Below are positions 49,998 to 63,300 of a stretch of DNA of 64,000 nt, piece by piece. Below the pieces are notes generated by a model that was given only the letters and a program-made list of their open reading frames with translations, was not told the origin of the DNA and did not search any database. Numbering within the stretch: position 1 is the stretch's first letter; every line of letters begins with the position of its first letter. The position numbers were made by a program, and so were the translations under genes. Source of the stretch: Anaeramoeba ignava BMAN (Eukaryota; Protista; Anaeramoebae); contig JAPDFW010000044.1 of the NCBI GenBank assembly GCA_028826165.1, positions 530,617 through 594,616 of the forward strand. Reading direction: 5' to 3'.

Positions 49998-52900
49998 ATG
50001 GAATTGAAAAAATTTACAAGAACTTCTTCAATTACAACTTTATTAAAAAAACCTAACGTTTCGATTGAAGATCTTTTTGAAAATGATTATCTTTTTGACG
50101 AATTAAGAAACAATGAAAAATTAAAAATATAGTAGAAATTATAAATAAAAACATAAAATTTAAAAATTAAATTTAAAAATTAAAAATTTTTCTTTTTTTA
50201 ATTGCAATTTAAAAGTTTTTTAAAACCTGAAAATTTAGAAAAAATTTTACAATATTTTTTCAACGAACAAATTACAAATTTTACAATTTCAGAAAAAATA
50301 GAAGAAAAAATATTCAAGTATATAAATTCATAAAGAAATTTTTTTCAAAAAAAACAAAATAAAACAAATTCATGTTTTTTTCTTTATTGAAAAGATACTC
50401 AAATATTGCAAATCAAATTATTTGTTCAGAACAAATTGTACCAAGATTAACTGAAGATAATAAAATTTTAGAAATGATTTTTTCAAGAATTTATCTTCCT
50501 TCGATTGAAAAATTTCATAATCAACTTTCTCGGATAATAATGCTAATAATTTCAACAAATGCATCAAATGTATTTTCCAAAACAAAATTTAAACAAATTT
50601 TTTTTCTATTTATTATTTAATATTTAATATTTAATATTTATTTATTATTTATTATTATTTATTATTCAATATTTATTAGGTTATTAACTTTCTTGAATCA
50701 AAAGAATCAATTTTTGATCATTTCCTTCTTCATTTTGATTATGAAACAATTGCTGAAATTTTTACTCATTTATTCACTTTATCGAAATCAGAAATTGAAA
50801 AAGTTGATCAGGTTTTTACTATTTAAATTTATATTTTTATTTATATTTTTATTCATATTTTTAATTTCAAATTCACAGTGGCTTTCAAAAACAAATTTTG
50901 TTTCAAAATTATTACAACTTCTTAGCCCAAAATTCTCAATGAATGTATGTCATGTCATGTCATGTTTTAAAAATAAAATTATCAATTTACATTAAATGTC
51001 ATGTTAAAATTCGAAATTGTTTTAAATAAATAATTAGTTTCATTATAATTCTTCGCATTGTTTAATTTCAGCAATTTCATCCCCTCATCTTTTATCGGAA
51101 TCATTAGTTTTATCACAAATTCTTCAAGAATCAACCATTAATGAAATTTTTCAAAGAATTTTTGAAAATGTTTGCCAAAAACAAAACAAAACAAAACAAA
51201 ACTAAACTAAATACTAAAAATTTTTTTTCTTAAAATTAAAATTAAAATCAAAATTAAAATTAAAATTAATTTAGAATCCAATATCTCCAAGTATTTTTCA
51301 ATCTGGATTGGATATTATCACTCAAATTTTAGTTAAAGTTGACTTTTCAAATGAATTTGAAGATGAAAATGATTTAATGAAAATTACAGAATCTTTAATT
51401 GATAAATTAGATAAATTATGTTTACTTCTTTCAGAAAATGTATTTACAACCAAATTTTAAATTTTTAGAAAAAAAAATTCAAAACAAAAAATCAATTTGG
51501 TTTTTTACAATTTTAAAATTAAAAAGAAACCTTCAGAAATAAAATTATCGTTTGGAAATTTAACTCCTCCATTAGGAGTTATAAGATTTAAAATTGTTGA
51601 ATTTATACATTTTTTAGTTCGTATTGAAAGTCCTGAATTAATTGAAAAAATTTGTGAAATAAAAATTTTCAAACCAATTCTTGTAAATAAATTTTTTTCA
51701 ATTAAAATTAAAATCAAAATCAAAATCAAAATCAAAATTAAATTAAAACAAAACAAAATCAAAACAAAATCGAAATAGGATCTTTTTTTTGAATATAAAT
51801 GGAATAATTTTCTTCATAATCAAGTTAGAGATATGATTCTTTATGTTATTGAATATGGTTCACCAAATTTATTAAAATCACTTTTTTTTGATTGTAATTT
51901 AATTCAAAGAATACTTGAAGTTGTTCCAACAACAGAATTAAAAGAGTAAATATTAAATCAAAATTAAAATCACAATTAAAATCAAAATCAAAATCAAAAT
52001 CAAAATCAAAATCAAAATTAAATCAAAATTAAATCAAAATTAAATTAAATCAAAATTAAATCAAATCAAATCAAATCAAATTAAATCAAAATTAAATCAA
52101 AATCAAATTAAAATTAAATTAAATTAAATCAAATCAAATTAAAATTAAATCAAAATTAAAATTAAATCAAAATTAAATCAAAATTAAATTAAATCAAAAT
52201 TAAATCAAATCAAATCAAATCAAATCAAATCAATTTAAATCAAATTAAATTAAATCAAATCAAAATTAAATTAAAATTAAATTAAAATCAAATCAAATCA
52301 AAATTAAATCAAAATTAAATTAAAATTAAATCAAAATCAAATCAAATCAAAATCAAAATCAAAATCAAAATTAAAAAATTAAAATCAAATCAAATCAAAA
52401 AAAAATCAAATTAAAATCAAATCAAAATCAAAATTAAATTAAATCAAATCAAATCAAATCAAATCAAATTAAATCAAATCAAATCAAATCAAAATTAAAT
52501 TAAAATCAAAATCAAAATTAAATCAAAATTAAATCAAAATTAAATCAAAATCAAATCAAATTAATTTAAAATCAAAATTAAATCAAAATTAAAATTAAAT
52601 CAAAATTAAATCAAAATCAAATTAAATCAAAATTAAATCAAAATCAAATTAAATCAAAATCAAATTAATTGTTTTTCGATTTTTTTGTTTATTATTTAGA
52701 CCAATTAAAATACTTAATCAAGCAGGTTATTTTTCTCATTTAGCAAAAATTTCAAATTTAGTTATTGAATTATCAGAAATGGATGAAGATATTTCTCAAA
52801 CAATAGATGGTTTATAAAAATTTTCTTTTATGAAAAAAAAATTAATCAAAAATTTTAATCAAAATTCCTTTTTTTATTATTATTATTATAATTATTTTAA

Positions 52901-53636
52901 AAAAAGAACAAAGTGATTTATGGAATGGATATGTTGAAAATTTTTTAGATTTTATAAATGAAATCCAAGAAGTTTCAGATTTACCTCAACATAAAGCATT
53001 TGATGATAGTGATGATGATTTTTATGATTTTCAAGTAAATGAAAAAAAAAATCCTTTTTTCAAAAAAATTTACAAATATTTGACAATATTCAAAAAAATT
53101 CATTTATAAAATTAAAATTAAAATTAAAATAGGAAGACCAAATTTTTAGTGAAAAAATTCCTTCAGATAATCAACCAAAAAAAAAGAGAGATCCAGTTAG
53201 TCAACAATTTATTGATTATCTTGAAGAGGATTTGGGATTTGAAGATGGAGATGAAGATGATACTAATGATAATGATAATGATAATGATAATGATAATTTA
53301 GAAAATCAAACAAGTTCAGATTCAGATGATGAAACAAATCAAACAAGTTTGCAAAATAATATCAGTCAAGAAAAAATAAGTGATGAAGATTTCGAAAATT
53401 TCAATTTCAAAAATCATTCAAAAAATTCTTTAAAAAATCAAGATTCAAATGATCAAGAAAACAAACAAAATAAAGTTAATCACAAATTTGATGATCATGA
53501 AAAATATGAAATGGATTTTCTTAATGATCTTGAAAATTCATTAAATTTAGATGAAATTCAAGATAAAATAGAAAAATTAATTCAATTAGGAGATGATGAA
53601 GAAAAACAGAAAAGAAATGAATCAAATCAAGATTAA
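49998..53636 (+). CDS. SAPS-domain protein (SIT4-associated / PP6 regulatory subunit-like), many small exons
   Basis: SSITTLLKKPNVSIEDLFENDYLFDELR, KYSNIANQIICSE, FGNLTPPLGVIRFKIVEFI, FFEYKWNNFLHNQV, GYFSHLAKISN, acidic tail. Confidence 0.85.
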
Positions 53637-53895
53637 TAAAAAATCAAAAAAAAAAAAAAAAGAAGAACAAACAAAACAATTTCTAAATTTAAATAATCCA
53701 CTTTCTTTCAAAAAAAAAATTTTTTTTTTGGAATAAATGTAGTTCTCTTTTTTTTTTTCTTTTATTCTCTTTGAAAAATTGATAAAAAAAAATATTGATT
53801 TAACTGAAAAACAAAACAAAACAAAACAAAAAATTCTCAATTTAAATTTTCATTTTTTTCATTTTTTTTCTTTAAACAAGAAAACTCTTTTATAA

Positions 53896-55629
53896 ATGTC
53901 ATATCATTTAAATATTAAATTGGGATTTAAACAAATTCATATCAAAGTCATTCCTTCTCAAACACTTGCTAATGTCATTACAACAATTTGCAAAAAAGAA
54001 AAATTAAAAGGAAATTATAAAGTGATATTTCAAGGAAAAAACATTGACAAATCAGTGTCAATTAAAGTTACAGGAATACCAACAAATGCCAAAATTGAAT
54101 TAGTTGAAGAAAAGAAACGGACATTAACAGCAGCTCAAGTGAAAATAGCAGTTCAAATTGAAAGAGAAAGATTAATTGGAAATTTTGAACCAAAACAAAG
54201 TTTGTTTGACATTTTAGAATATTTTGATCCAAAAATAGGAATTTTGAACAGAAATTATTTTTCAGATGATAATCTAAAGGAATTTTGGTTAGAACCTTGT
54301 ATAATTTATATGAATAAAAAATATAAAGAAATAAGTTTTTTAAAAAGAACTACTTTAACTTCTATTGGATTGACAACTGGATCTGCTTTATTTAGAATTT
54401 TATTTGAAAAAAGTGGATTAACAATTGAAGAAGCACAAGAAAAATTAAAGGAGAAAAAGAAATTGAAGTTAAAGAAGAAAAAGAAATTGAAGAAGGGATT
54501 GAAATTTTAGAAATTGAAGATTTTAAAGAAGAAATTGATATAAATTTATATCAAAACCAAAATCAAGAAAAAATCGAAATCAAAATCAAAATCAAAATCA
54601 AAATCAAAATCAAAATCAAAATCAATATTTGAATCAAGAAAAAATTGAAAATCAAAATTTGAATCAAGAAAAAATTGAAAATCAAAATTTGAATCAAGAA
54701 AAAATTGGAAATCAAAATTTAAATCAAGAAAAAATTGAAAATCAAAATTTGAATCAAGAAAAAATTGAAAATCAATATTTGAATCAAGAAAAATTGACGC
54801 AAAACAAAAATGGTATCAACAAGTTCAAAAAGAAGCTTTAGAACAACAAAAAAAAGAAGCTTTAGAATTCGAAAAACTTAAAATTAAATATTTGGCACTT
54901 AAACAAATCGAAGAAAAAGAACAAAAAAAAGAACAAGAACAAAAACAATTTGAAGAACAACAACAAATTTTGAGAATGAAACAATTTTGGAAAGAAGAAG
55001 ATAAAAAAAAAGAAAAAATTTATGAGTTAATTAGATTAGAAGAGGAATTGGAAAAAAAAAAGAAAGAAAGAAAAAAAAAAGCAAAATTAGAAAAATTAAA
55101 AAATTTCAAACACAAAATTCAAGTTTTTCCACCTTCTTTACAAGAAAAAACAAGTGAAGTTATAAATGATTTTGATCTTCCTGATAATTTTTTTAATCCA
55201 AAAGCAAAAGAATTAACACAAATGGTCAGAAATTCAACTCAAAAACAAGAGCAATCCAAAATGTTACAAACGAAAAAACTTCGAAAAAAATTATCAAAAG
55301 CAAATTTACCTGAAATTTCAGAAGTTATTTTGAGATTTGTTTTTCCAGATCAATATATTATTCAAATAACATTTCTTCCTTATGATACTTTACAAAATAT
55401 TTATCAATTCCTTCGAGAGAATATTTTCCAAGAAAAAAAAAAGGATATTTATTTCTATTTATATGTAACTCCACCTTTTAATAAATTTGAAGGCAAAAAT
55501 CAAAAAACTTTAAAAAAATTGCAATTACTTCCTGCTTCAACACTTCGAGTTTCTTTTGGAAAAGAAATTGAATTGAAAACAGAGGAATTAATCAAAGAAG
55601 AATTACTTGGAAAAAAAGAATTATTTTGA
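53896..55629 (+). CDS. ASPSCR1: TUG/ASPSCR1-like UBX-domain p97 cofactor, with homopolymer frameshifts
   Basis: N-terminal UBL1 (IKVIPSQTLANV...GIPTNAKIELV), second UBL (LTSIGLTTGSALFRI), DLPDNFF motif, UBX domain LRFVFPDQYIIQITF...FYLYVTPP...LQLLPAS. Confidence 0.85.
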
Positions 55630-55818
55630 ATCTAAAAAAGGAAATTTTTTTTTCTTCTTTTGCTTTTTTTTTTTTTTTTTTTTTTTGATTTAAGAAAATA
55701 AATTCAATCAAATCAAAAAGAAATAATTGAAAGTAAAAAAAAAAAAAGTTCCTAAAAAAAAATATTTTTTTTTTGCTTAATCAATACAAAAGAAAAATGA
55801 AATTTGATTATTTATTAG

Positions 55819-57052
55819 TTAAAAATTTTTGCACCATTCTTCTTGGATATCTTTTTGATTTTGTAGTATATAAATGATTAAATCGTTACAAAATTGAGAT
55901 TTTAAAAAACGAGGAAAACAATCAGTTTCCATTAAACGATAAATTTTATCTTGAGAACTTTCAAACAAGGCTTTATCGTAATCACCTTTAAGAAAAACAG
56001 ATTCAACTTTTCTTCGATCCAAATAATCAATATTTACTTCACGTTGAGAACCTTCTTTGATGTATTTATTGTAAATTAATTGAGCCATTTTGGAAATATC
56101 GGATTTTTTATTCAATTTTTTGAAAACTTGAACAGTTGCCCAAAAGTCCACATTTTCATCAGAAAATTCTGATTTAAGAAAAGAACGAAAATAACCTAAA
56201 GCAAATTTCGAATGGAGAACTTCGTCGAATTTGTGAACCAAAAAGCGTTTTTTCTGTTCAATTTCTTCTTTTTGATCGTGATCCGTTTCTTTTTTTTTAT
56301 TTTCTTTTTGTTTTTGGAATTTTGTCTTTTTGATTTTGCGAGATCTTCGAGGTTTTGTTTTCTTTGCTGAAATGGGTTCAAGGATTTTTTTGGTGATTTC
56401 TTGCTTTTTGGGAATTTCTTTTTCAAGAATTCTTTTTGGTTTTTGTTGTTTTTCGTTTGGTTTTTTTTTTCTTGTGCGAATTTTTTTGATTTGATTCAGA
56501 ATCATTGAGAAGCTTTTGTGTCTTTTGAGTTCTGTTTTTTTGGGTTCTTTTTTTGGGATTTCTTTTTGGATCGGAATATGTTCTTCACTTTTTCTTTTTC
56601 GGGGTTTTTTAGGGGATATTTTTTCTAAATTTTGGGGGGATTTTGGTTTGTTATAGTTGATCTAAAAAGGAAAAAGAAAAAAATAATCAAAAATTTAAAT
56701 TTAAAAATTTAAATCTTTTTAGTTTTCATACATTTTCTTTTGATTCTTCTTTTACTGGTGTTGATGTAGTCATATTTGATCTTTTTAATAAAACTCTCTT
56801 ATCTTTTAATCCAGAAAAATCTGTTGCTTTGTGATAATTTGGAGTTGGACTGTGATGTCTTGATGATTGAAATTCTGAATTAAATAAATGTGCTGAAAAG
56901 GAAAAAGATCGATTTTCTTGTCTTAAAAGATGTGAAGAACGAACTGGAGTTATGTTTCTAGAAATATCCATTTGTTTTGAATTTGGAGAAACAATTTGAA
57001 CTGATCTATCGTTTAAATCAACAATTTTTTGAATTTGAAAATCCATATTCAT
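55819..57052 (-). CDS. Regulator of G-protein signalling (RGS) domain protein; intron 56662-56731
   Basis: FRSFLKSEFSDENVDFW...IYNKYIKEGSQREVNID...QDKIYRLMETDCFPRFLKSQF. The 70-nt GT-AG intron joins ORF 56726..57052 in frame. Confidence 0.92.
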
Positions 57053-57367
57053 CTATCTATATTTTAAATAATATTATTAATAATAAAAAATAAAAAATAT
57101 AAAGAAAGAAATTGGGGAAAAAAATTGAAAAATGATTTCTAAACAAAAAAATAATTAAATTAAATAAACCGTTAAAAATAAAAATAAATAAAATAAATAA
57201 AATAATTTTTTTAACGGTTTTTTTAATTTAAATTTTAAAATAAATTTCAAAATGAATTTTAAAATGAATTTTGTTTTTAATTCAAATTTGGTTTGGTAAA
57301 AAAAAAAATTCGCAAAAAATCCAAAAAAAAAAATTTTTTTTCTTCTTCTTTTTTCTTTTCTTTTCTT

Positions 57368-60300
57368 TTAAATCAATTTATCTTTTTCTGTTGTCAAATT
57401 TTCGGAATATAAAGATTTCTCAGCAGTAATTGTTTCAGTAACAATTTGGTCAATTTCCTTATCATCAATCTGGTCTGAAACAGAGTAAATAGAAAGAGAA
57501 GAAGTGATTTTGACGACTCTTCTTTTCTTTTTCCAATAATAACCAAGAATAACAATCAAAGCTAAAAAAGCAAAACAACCAGAAACAGCAATAATAATTA
57601 TAGTAGCTTTTTGAGCGGAAAATTTTGTTTCGCAAGAAAAATCCGGAGACCATTCAGCAAAGCCAATTTCATTGAGAGCGCGAATATGAACAGTGTATGT
57701 TACTTCGGAATCAAGATTTGAAAAATAAAAGGAATTTTCTGGAGTATTTAAAAAAGTGGAATGATGAGGGGAAGATAGTTTGATCTGATAAAACGAGATG
57801 TTTGGAGAGTTTGGAGAGGGGACATCCCAAGAAATGGAGAATGAGCTTGATGAGACATTAGAGAATTTGCAGGAGGTGATCTGGGCGGGGACCGAAGGGG
57901 AAGTTGTAACGTTGATGGGGTCGCTCCAAAGTGAGCTCCATCCGTTATCAGCCAGAGCGGCTATGCGGACGGTGTAGTTAGAGAAGGGGCGGACATTAAC
58001 AAAGGTGTAAACAGTCTGGAAAATTTGTCCCCAGGCGTAAGTGTTGTTGTTTATCTCTGCGATGTAATTAATGACATAAGGATCAGTTTCGTCCCAACCG
58101 AAAACAATTTCGTTATAAGAAAGATCGATGATATGAAGATTAGTAATTGGCGGAGGTATTTTCGAAAGCGTTACAAATGAATATAGTGTTTGTTGGCCGC
58201 AACCGAATGAGTTGCAAGCATTTATAAGAAAACCGTATTTTGTCTGGAAATCCAAATTTTGATCGACAATCAAAGATGTTGAATTTGTCGTGAAATTTCC
58301 GTGATAGCTAGTTCCATTCTCCGAATAAACATAGATGCGATAACTTGTGATCTCCGCGCCTCCGCTCCACGGAGTTGGCCATTCTACTCCCAATCGGTAT
58401 CTTTCGCGGATGAAAAGCGACATGTTATTAACCTCCCCAGGCACAGTGGCTGCTGTTGTGTCGCAGATGATCTCTGGGCTCCACAGCGCGCTCAAACCTG
58501 CAGAGTTCTGCGCCTTGATTTTTATTGTGTAATTTGATGAAAAAAGATTCACAAGAATTAAATTGATTGTTTCTTGCGATGTTTTATTTGCAAAGATCAA
58601 AACAGGATTTTCTGATGTTCCTGTTTGCACGTATGATATGAGATAGTTTAAGATATCAGCCCCGCCATTCTCGCTTGGAGACAACCAGTCGATGCCGATT
58701 GATGTCTCGTTTTTCTGGCTTGTGTTGCAGAACAACTCAACGACTTGGCCCGGAGGCGATGGATCGGATGTTGAGATGATGATCCGTCCTGTTGAACTTC
58801 CATTTCCAATAGAGTTTCTTGCGTATCCGTCAATGCAATAATTTGCGGAGAGAAGATTGTCGATGCGGTACACAAGGCTTTGTCTGGTTGTTTGTGAAGT
58901 TAGTGAAGATAATATTGCGGATGACTGTTGTATTTTCGCTGAATGTCAATTCGAAAAAATATTCCAAAATATAACGGCCGTTCATTTGAGCAGGAATCCA
59001 GAAGATATCAATTGAAGTCGAAGAAGCGGAGACTTGTGAGAGATCTGTTATTGCGCCTGGCACCTCCGGATCTGCTGTTTGCATTACTGCTGATATATTT
59101 TCACTGAGCCCAGCCGCGTTCATTGCGGAAACCGAAATTGTGTAATTGTCTGACAGCAGATTTATTATGTTTGCTGTGATTGATACTCCCCAAACAATCT
59201 GTGTTCCGTTATTGTTTGCATCGTTTACACAAACATATGTGACTTGATATCCTGTTATTTCTGCTCCGTTGTTGTTTTCTGGTGGTTCCCATCTCACAGA
59301 AATGCTGGATGCCGTGTTTGCTGTGAATGTGAGATTGAGTGGTTTGCTTGGCACGTTTGGTTTCTGTGTTGGTGCCTCAAGAACATCTGAGTATGGCCCA
59401 TCTCCGTTGCGGTTTCTTGCAAGTACCTTGATGTTGTATGTTCCTGAAAGGAGCGAGGAAATTGTGTATGAATTTCCATTTTTTGGATTTTCAAATAAAT
59501 TTTCAACAGAATTATCGAATTTTGATTTGAAATCTTTAAATTTTGATTTTAATTTTGAATTATCAAATTTTGATTTGAAATCTTTTAATTTTGAATTAAA
59601 TTTTGAATTATTAAATTTTGATTTCAATTCTTTAAATTTTGATTTAAATTTTGATTTGAATTCTTTAAATTTTGATTTTAATTTTGAATTAAATTCTGAA
59701 TTATTAAATTTTGATTTCAATTCTTTAAATTTTGATTTCAATTTTGATTTAAATTCTGATTTAGATTCGGATTCAGAATTCGTATTAATAACTACAGTAT
59801 TCCACTCAGATGATCCCTCCAAACACCACGCAACAACATAAGCAGTAATTTCTGCTCCACCATCATCAGGTGTATCCCATTCTATAGTCAAAGAGGTTGA
59901 TGTAGAATTTGTACAATTTGGTTTTGGCGTGATCTGTCCAGGATGAGTCGAGGGATTTGATTCGAACTCAAACACAGTTGAATTGTCTCCCCAACCAACA
60001 TCATTCATACTAGCGATTTTCACATCATACAATGCAGAAGACTCGAGACCAGTGATGTTGTAAACAGTTATATTGTTTCCAGTTTCATTTTGCAAAAAAA
60101 TAGGATCATCATGAAGTTTCCAATACAAACAATAGTTCTGAATAAGAGCACCACCAAAGTCCTCAGGAGCGGTCCAAATGATTTGTAGAGAAGAAGAAGT
60201 GCCGCCTGTTTTGATAATTGTTGTAATTGCTGATGGAACAGATGGCGATTTTGTGGAAAAAATTTGTTGATCACTTTGCGGTCCTTCGCCGATCGAATTG

Positions 60301-63300
60301 CATGCCGCAATTTCGACAGAATAATTATCTGAAAGTAAGTTTTCCAAGAAGTAGATGTTTGCCTGTTCACCTGTGTTGACTTGAGTCCATGTTGAATCTT
60401 CTTCTGGTTTGTATTTTATTGTGTAATTTGCAATGATGTCTCCGCCGGTGTCAGGAGGATCCCAAAGAATCCCAATAGAAGAAGAAGATTTACTTGCTTG
60501 GGAGACTGTAGTGATTTTTCCAGGGGTAGTCATAGGAAGAGTAGGGAAGACAAAATCTGCGCTCCAGGGACTAGTCATCCCGTTGAGAGATCGGATTTTG
60601 AATGTAAAATTTCCGGAAAGTAAACCGTCGAAAATTTCGGTTGTAAAATTTGGATCAACAAATTTTGAATAAGACTTATTTGCCGAATCAGTTATCTGTA
60701 TTTCGTAGTTTGTCAGAAGCTGCCCGCCATTGGAAACTGGTGGGTCCCAGGCTAATGTAATTGAGTCGGAAGTACTGTTGGATTTCCATACTGTGGTTAT
60801 TGCGAATGGAGCAACAGCAGGATCTGTCCAGTAGGTGATGTTCTCTGACTGTTCTCCTTTTCCAACGGAATTTATTGCGCAGACACGAATGATATAAGCG
60901 CCTGAAAGGAGATTTTCTAACTGGAAAAATAATTGATTTCCGGATGTGCTTGAAAATGTCCAATTATTTGTCGAGTTGCGCTGGACATATGCGACCTCGT
61001 AAGTGTTGATTGTGGCGCCGCCATTATCCGGTGCTGACCAATAGACGACAAATGATGTGGAGTTTTTTGTGGTTTGGTTCTGGTTCACGTCTATGACCCT
61101 GTCAGGCACGGACGCGTTTTTTGTTTCTCCAATGCTTATGTCGCTCCATTCTCCAGTCCCAGCGCTGTTTATTGCGCTTATTTTCATCTTGTATTTCCCT
61201 GATAGATCAACTGTTACAATGTAAGAGTTATCGTTGTCGTTCTCAATTGTGTAATTTGTCCATTGGCAATTTTGACAGCTTTCATTCTGCAAAGCGATGA
61301 CATATTTTTCAATTGAGAAATTTGTGTTTGGTGTTGTCCAGTTGATAAGGATCTCCTTTGCAGACAAAGCGCTTGATATTGGTGGTTCCATTTTTTCTGG
61401 TGTGCATTCATAGTTTCCTGTTCCCGTGTTGTTTGTGCCTTGCGGACATGCTGTGCATTTTGCGTTTCCTTCTCCAGATGCATATGTTTGTTCATTGCAA
61501 GGTGAACAATAGCTATTGTTTTGATCAGAAAATTCCCCAGGTTTGCAGAACTCGCAATTTGGTGATGGTGGTTCTGACCCAGGAAGGCATATGCATTCTC
61601 CTGTAGGATAGCAATTTCCTCCGTTATAACATATTGTGCAATTTTTTAATTGATTTTTTTCTGAGTTGTATGTCTTTTTTTTTGGATAATAAATATATAA
61701 TTTAATTTAAATAATATAATTTAAATAATTTAATTAATTTAATATAAATAATTTAATATAAATAATTTAAATAATATAATTTAATATAAATAATATAAAT
61801 AATATAATTTAAATAATATAATTTAATTTAATTAATTTAAATAATTTAATTTAAATAATATAATATAAATAATTTAATTTAATTTAATTTAAATAATATA
61901 ATATAATAAATATTCAATACTTACACATGCATCTGATGATCCATCAGTCGGAAAATCTTCAATATTAAAAGAATTATTCACAACATAATATGTTCCTTCA
62001 AAAATTAAATTAGGATGAATGTTTTTATCATTACTTGTGCAAAATAACCCTACTCTATTTTCAATAGCTGTAAAATTTACAATTCTTGTTCCACACATAT
62101 TATTATAAATTCCACCAGAATTCATTTCAAAAACACAATTTGAAACCACAATATCAGTTAAATTTGTTTTGCAATTTAATTGAATTGCACCAACTATTCA
62201 TTTTAAAAAAATATTCAATTCAATTCAATATAAATATTTTAATATAAATATTTTAATATTTAATTCAATAATATAAATATTTTAATATTTAATTTAATAA
62301 TATAAATATTTTAATATTTAATTCAATATAAATATTTTAATATTTAATTTAATAATATAAATATTTTAATATTTAATTTAATAATATAAATATTTTAATA
62401 TTTAATTTAATAATATAAATATTTTAATATTTAATTCAATAATATAAATATTTTAATATTTAATTCAATAATATAAATATTTTAATATTTAATTTAATAA
62501 TATAAATATTTTAATATTTAATTTAATAATATAAATATTTTAATATTTGATTCAATAATATAAATATTTTAATAATTAATTCAATATGAATATTTTTTAA
62601 TAATTAATTTAATAATATAAATATTTTAATATTTAATTCAATAATATAAATATTTTTAATATTTATTTTAATTCAATATAAATATTTTAATATTTAATTT
62701 AATAATATAAATATTTTAATAATTAATTTAATAATATAAATATTTTAATATTCAATTTAATAATATAAATATTTTAATATTCAATTCAATTCAATTCAAT
62801 AATATAAATATTTTTAATATTTAATTTAATAATATAAATATTTCAATATTGAATTTAATAATATAAATATTTTAATATTTAATTTAATAATATAAATATT
62901 TTAATATTTAATTTAATAATTAATTCAATATGAATATTTTAATAATTGAATATTCAATTCAAATACAATATTTTAATAATTGAATTTAATAAAAAAAAAT
63001 ATTTTTAATATTTAATTCAAACAATATAAATATTTTTAACAAAATTTAGTATTTAATAAATCAATTATTAAGATATTTAATTTACTGATAAATATCAAAA
63101 AATATTTTTTTTATTCAATTCAATTCAATATAAATATTTTAATATTCAATTCAATTCAAATAAATATTTTAATATTTAATTTTAATAATATAAATATTTA
63201 TTTATTTTTTTTAATTTGAAACATAATATTCAATTCAATAATATAAATATTTTAATATTTAATTCAATATATAAAATATTTTATTATTTTAATTTTAATT

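Noticed and set aside
59269-59841. 190-aa antisense ORF and other short ORFs overlapping the FN3 gene
   Set aside because: Shadow ORFs arising from higher GC and the stop-free repeat insert; no recognisable motifs.
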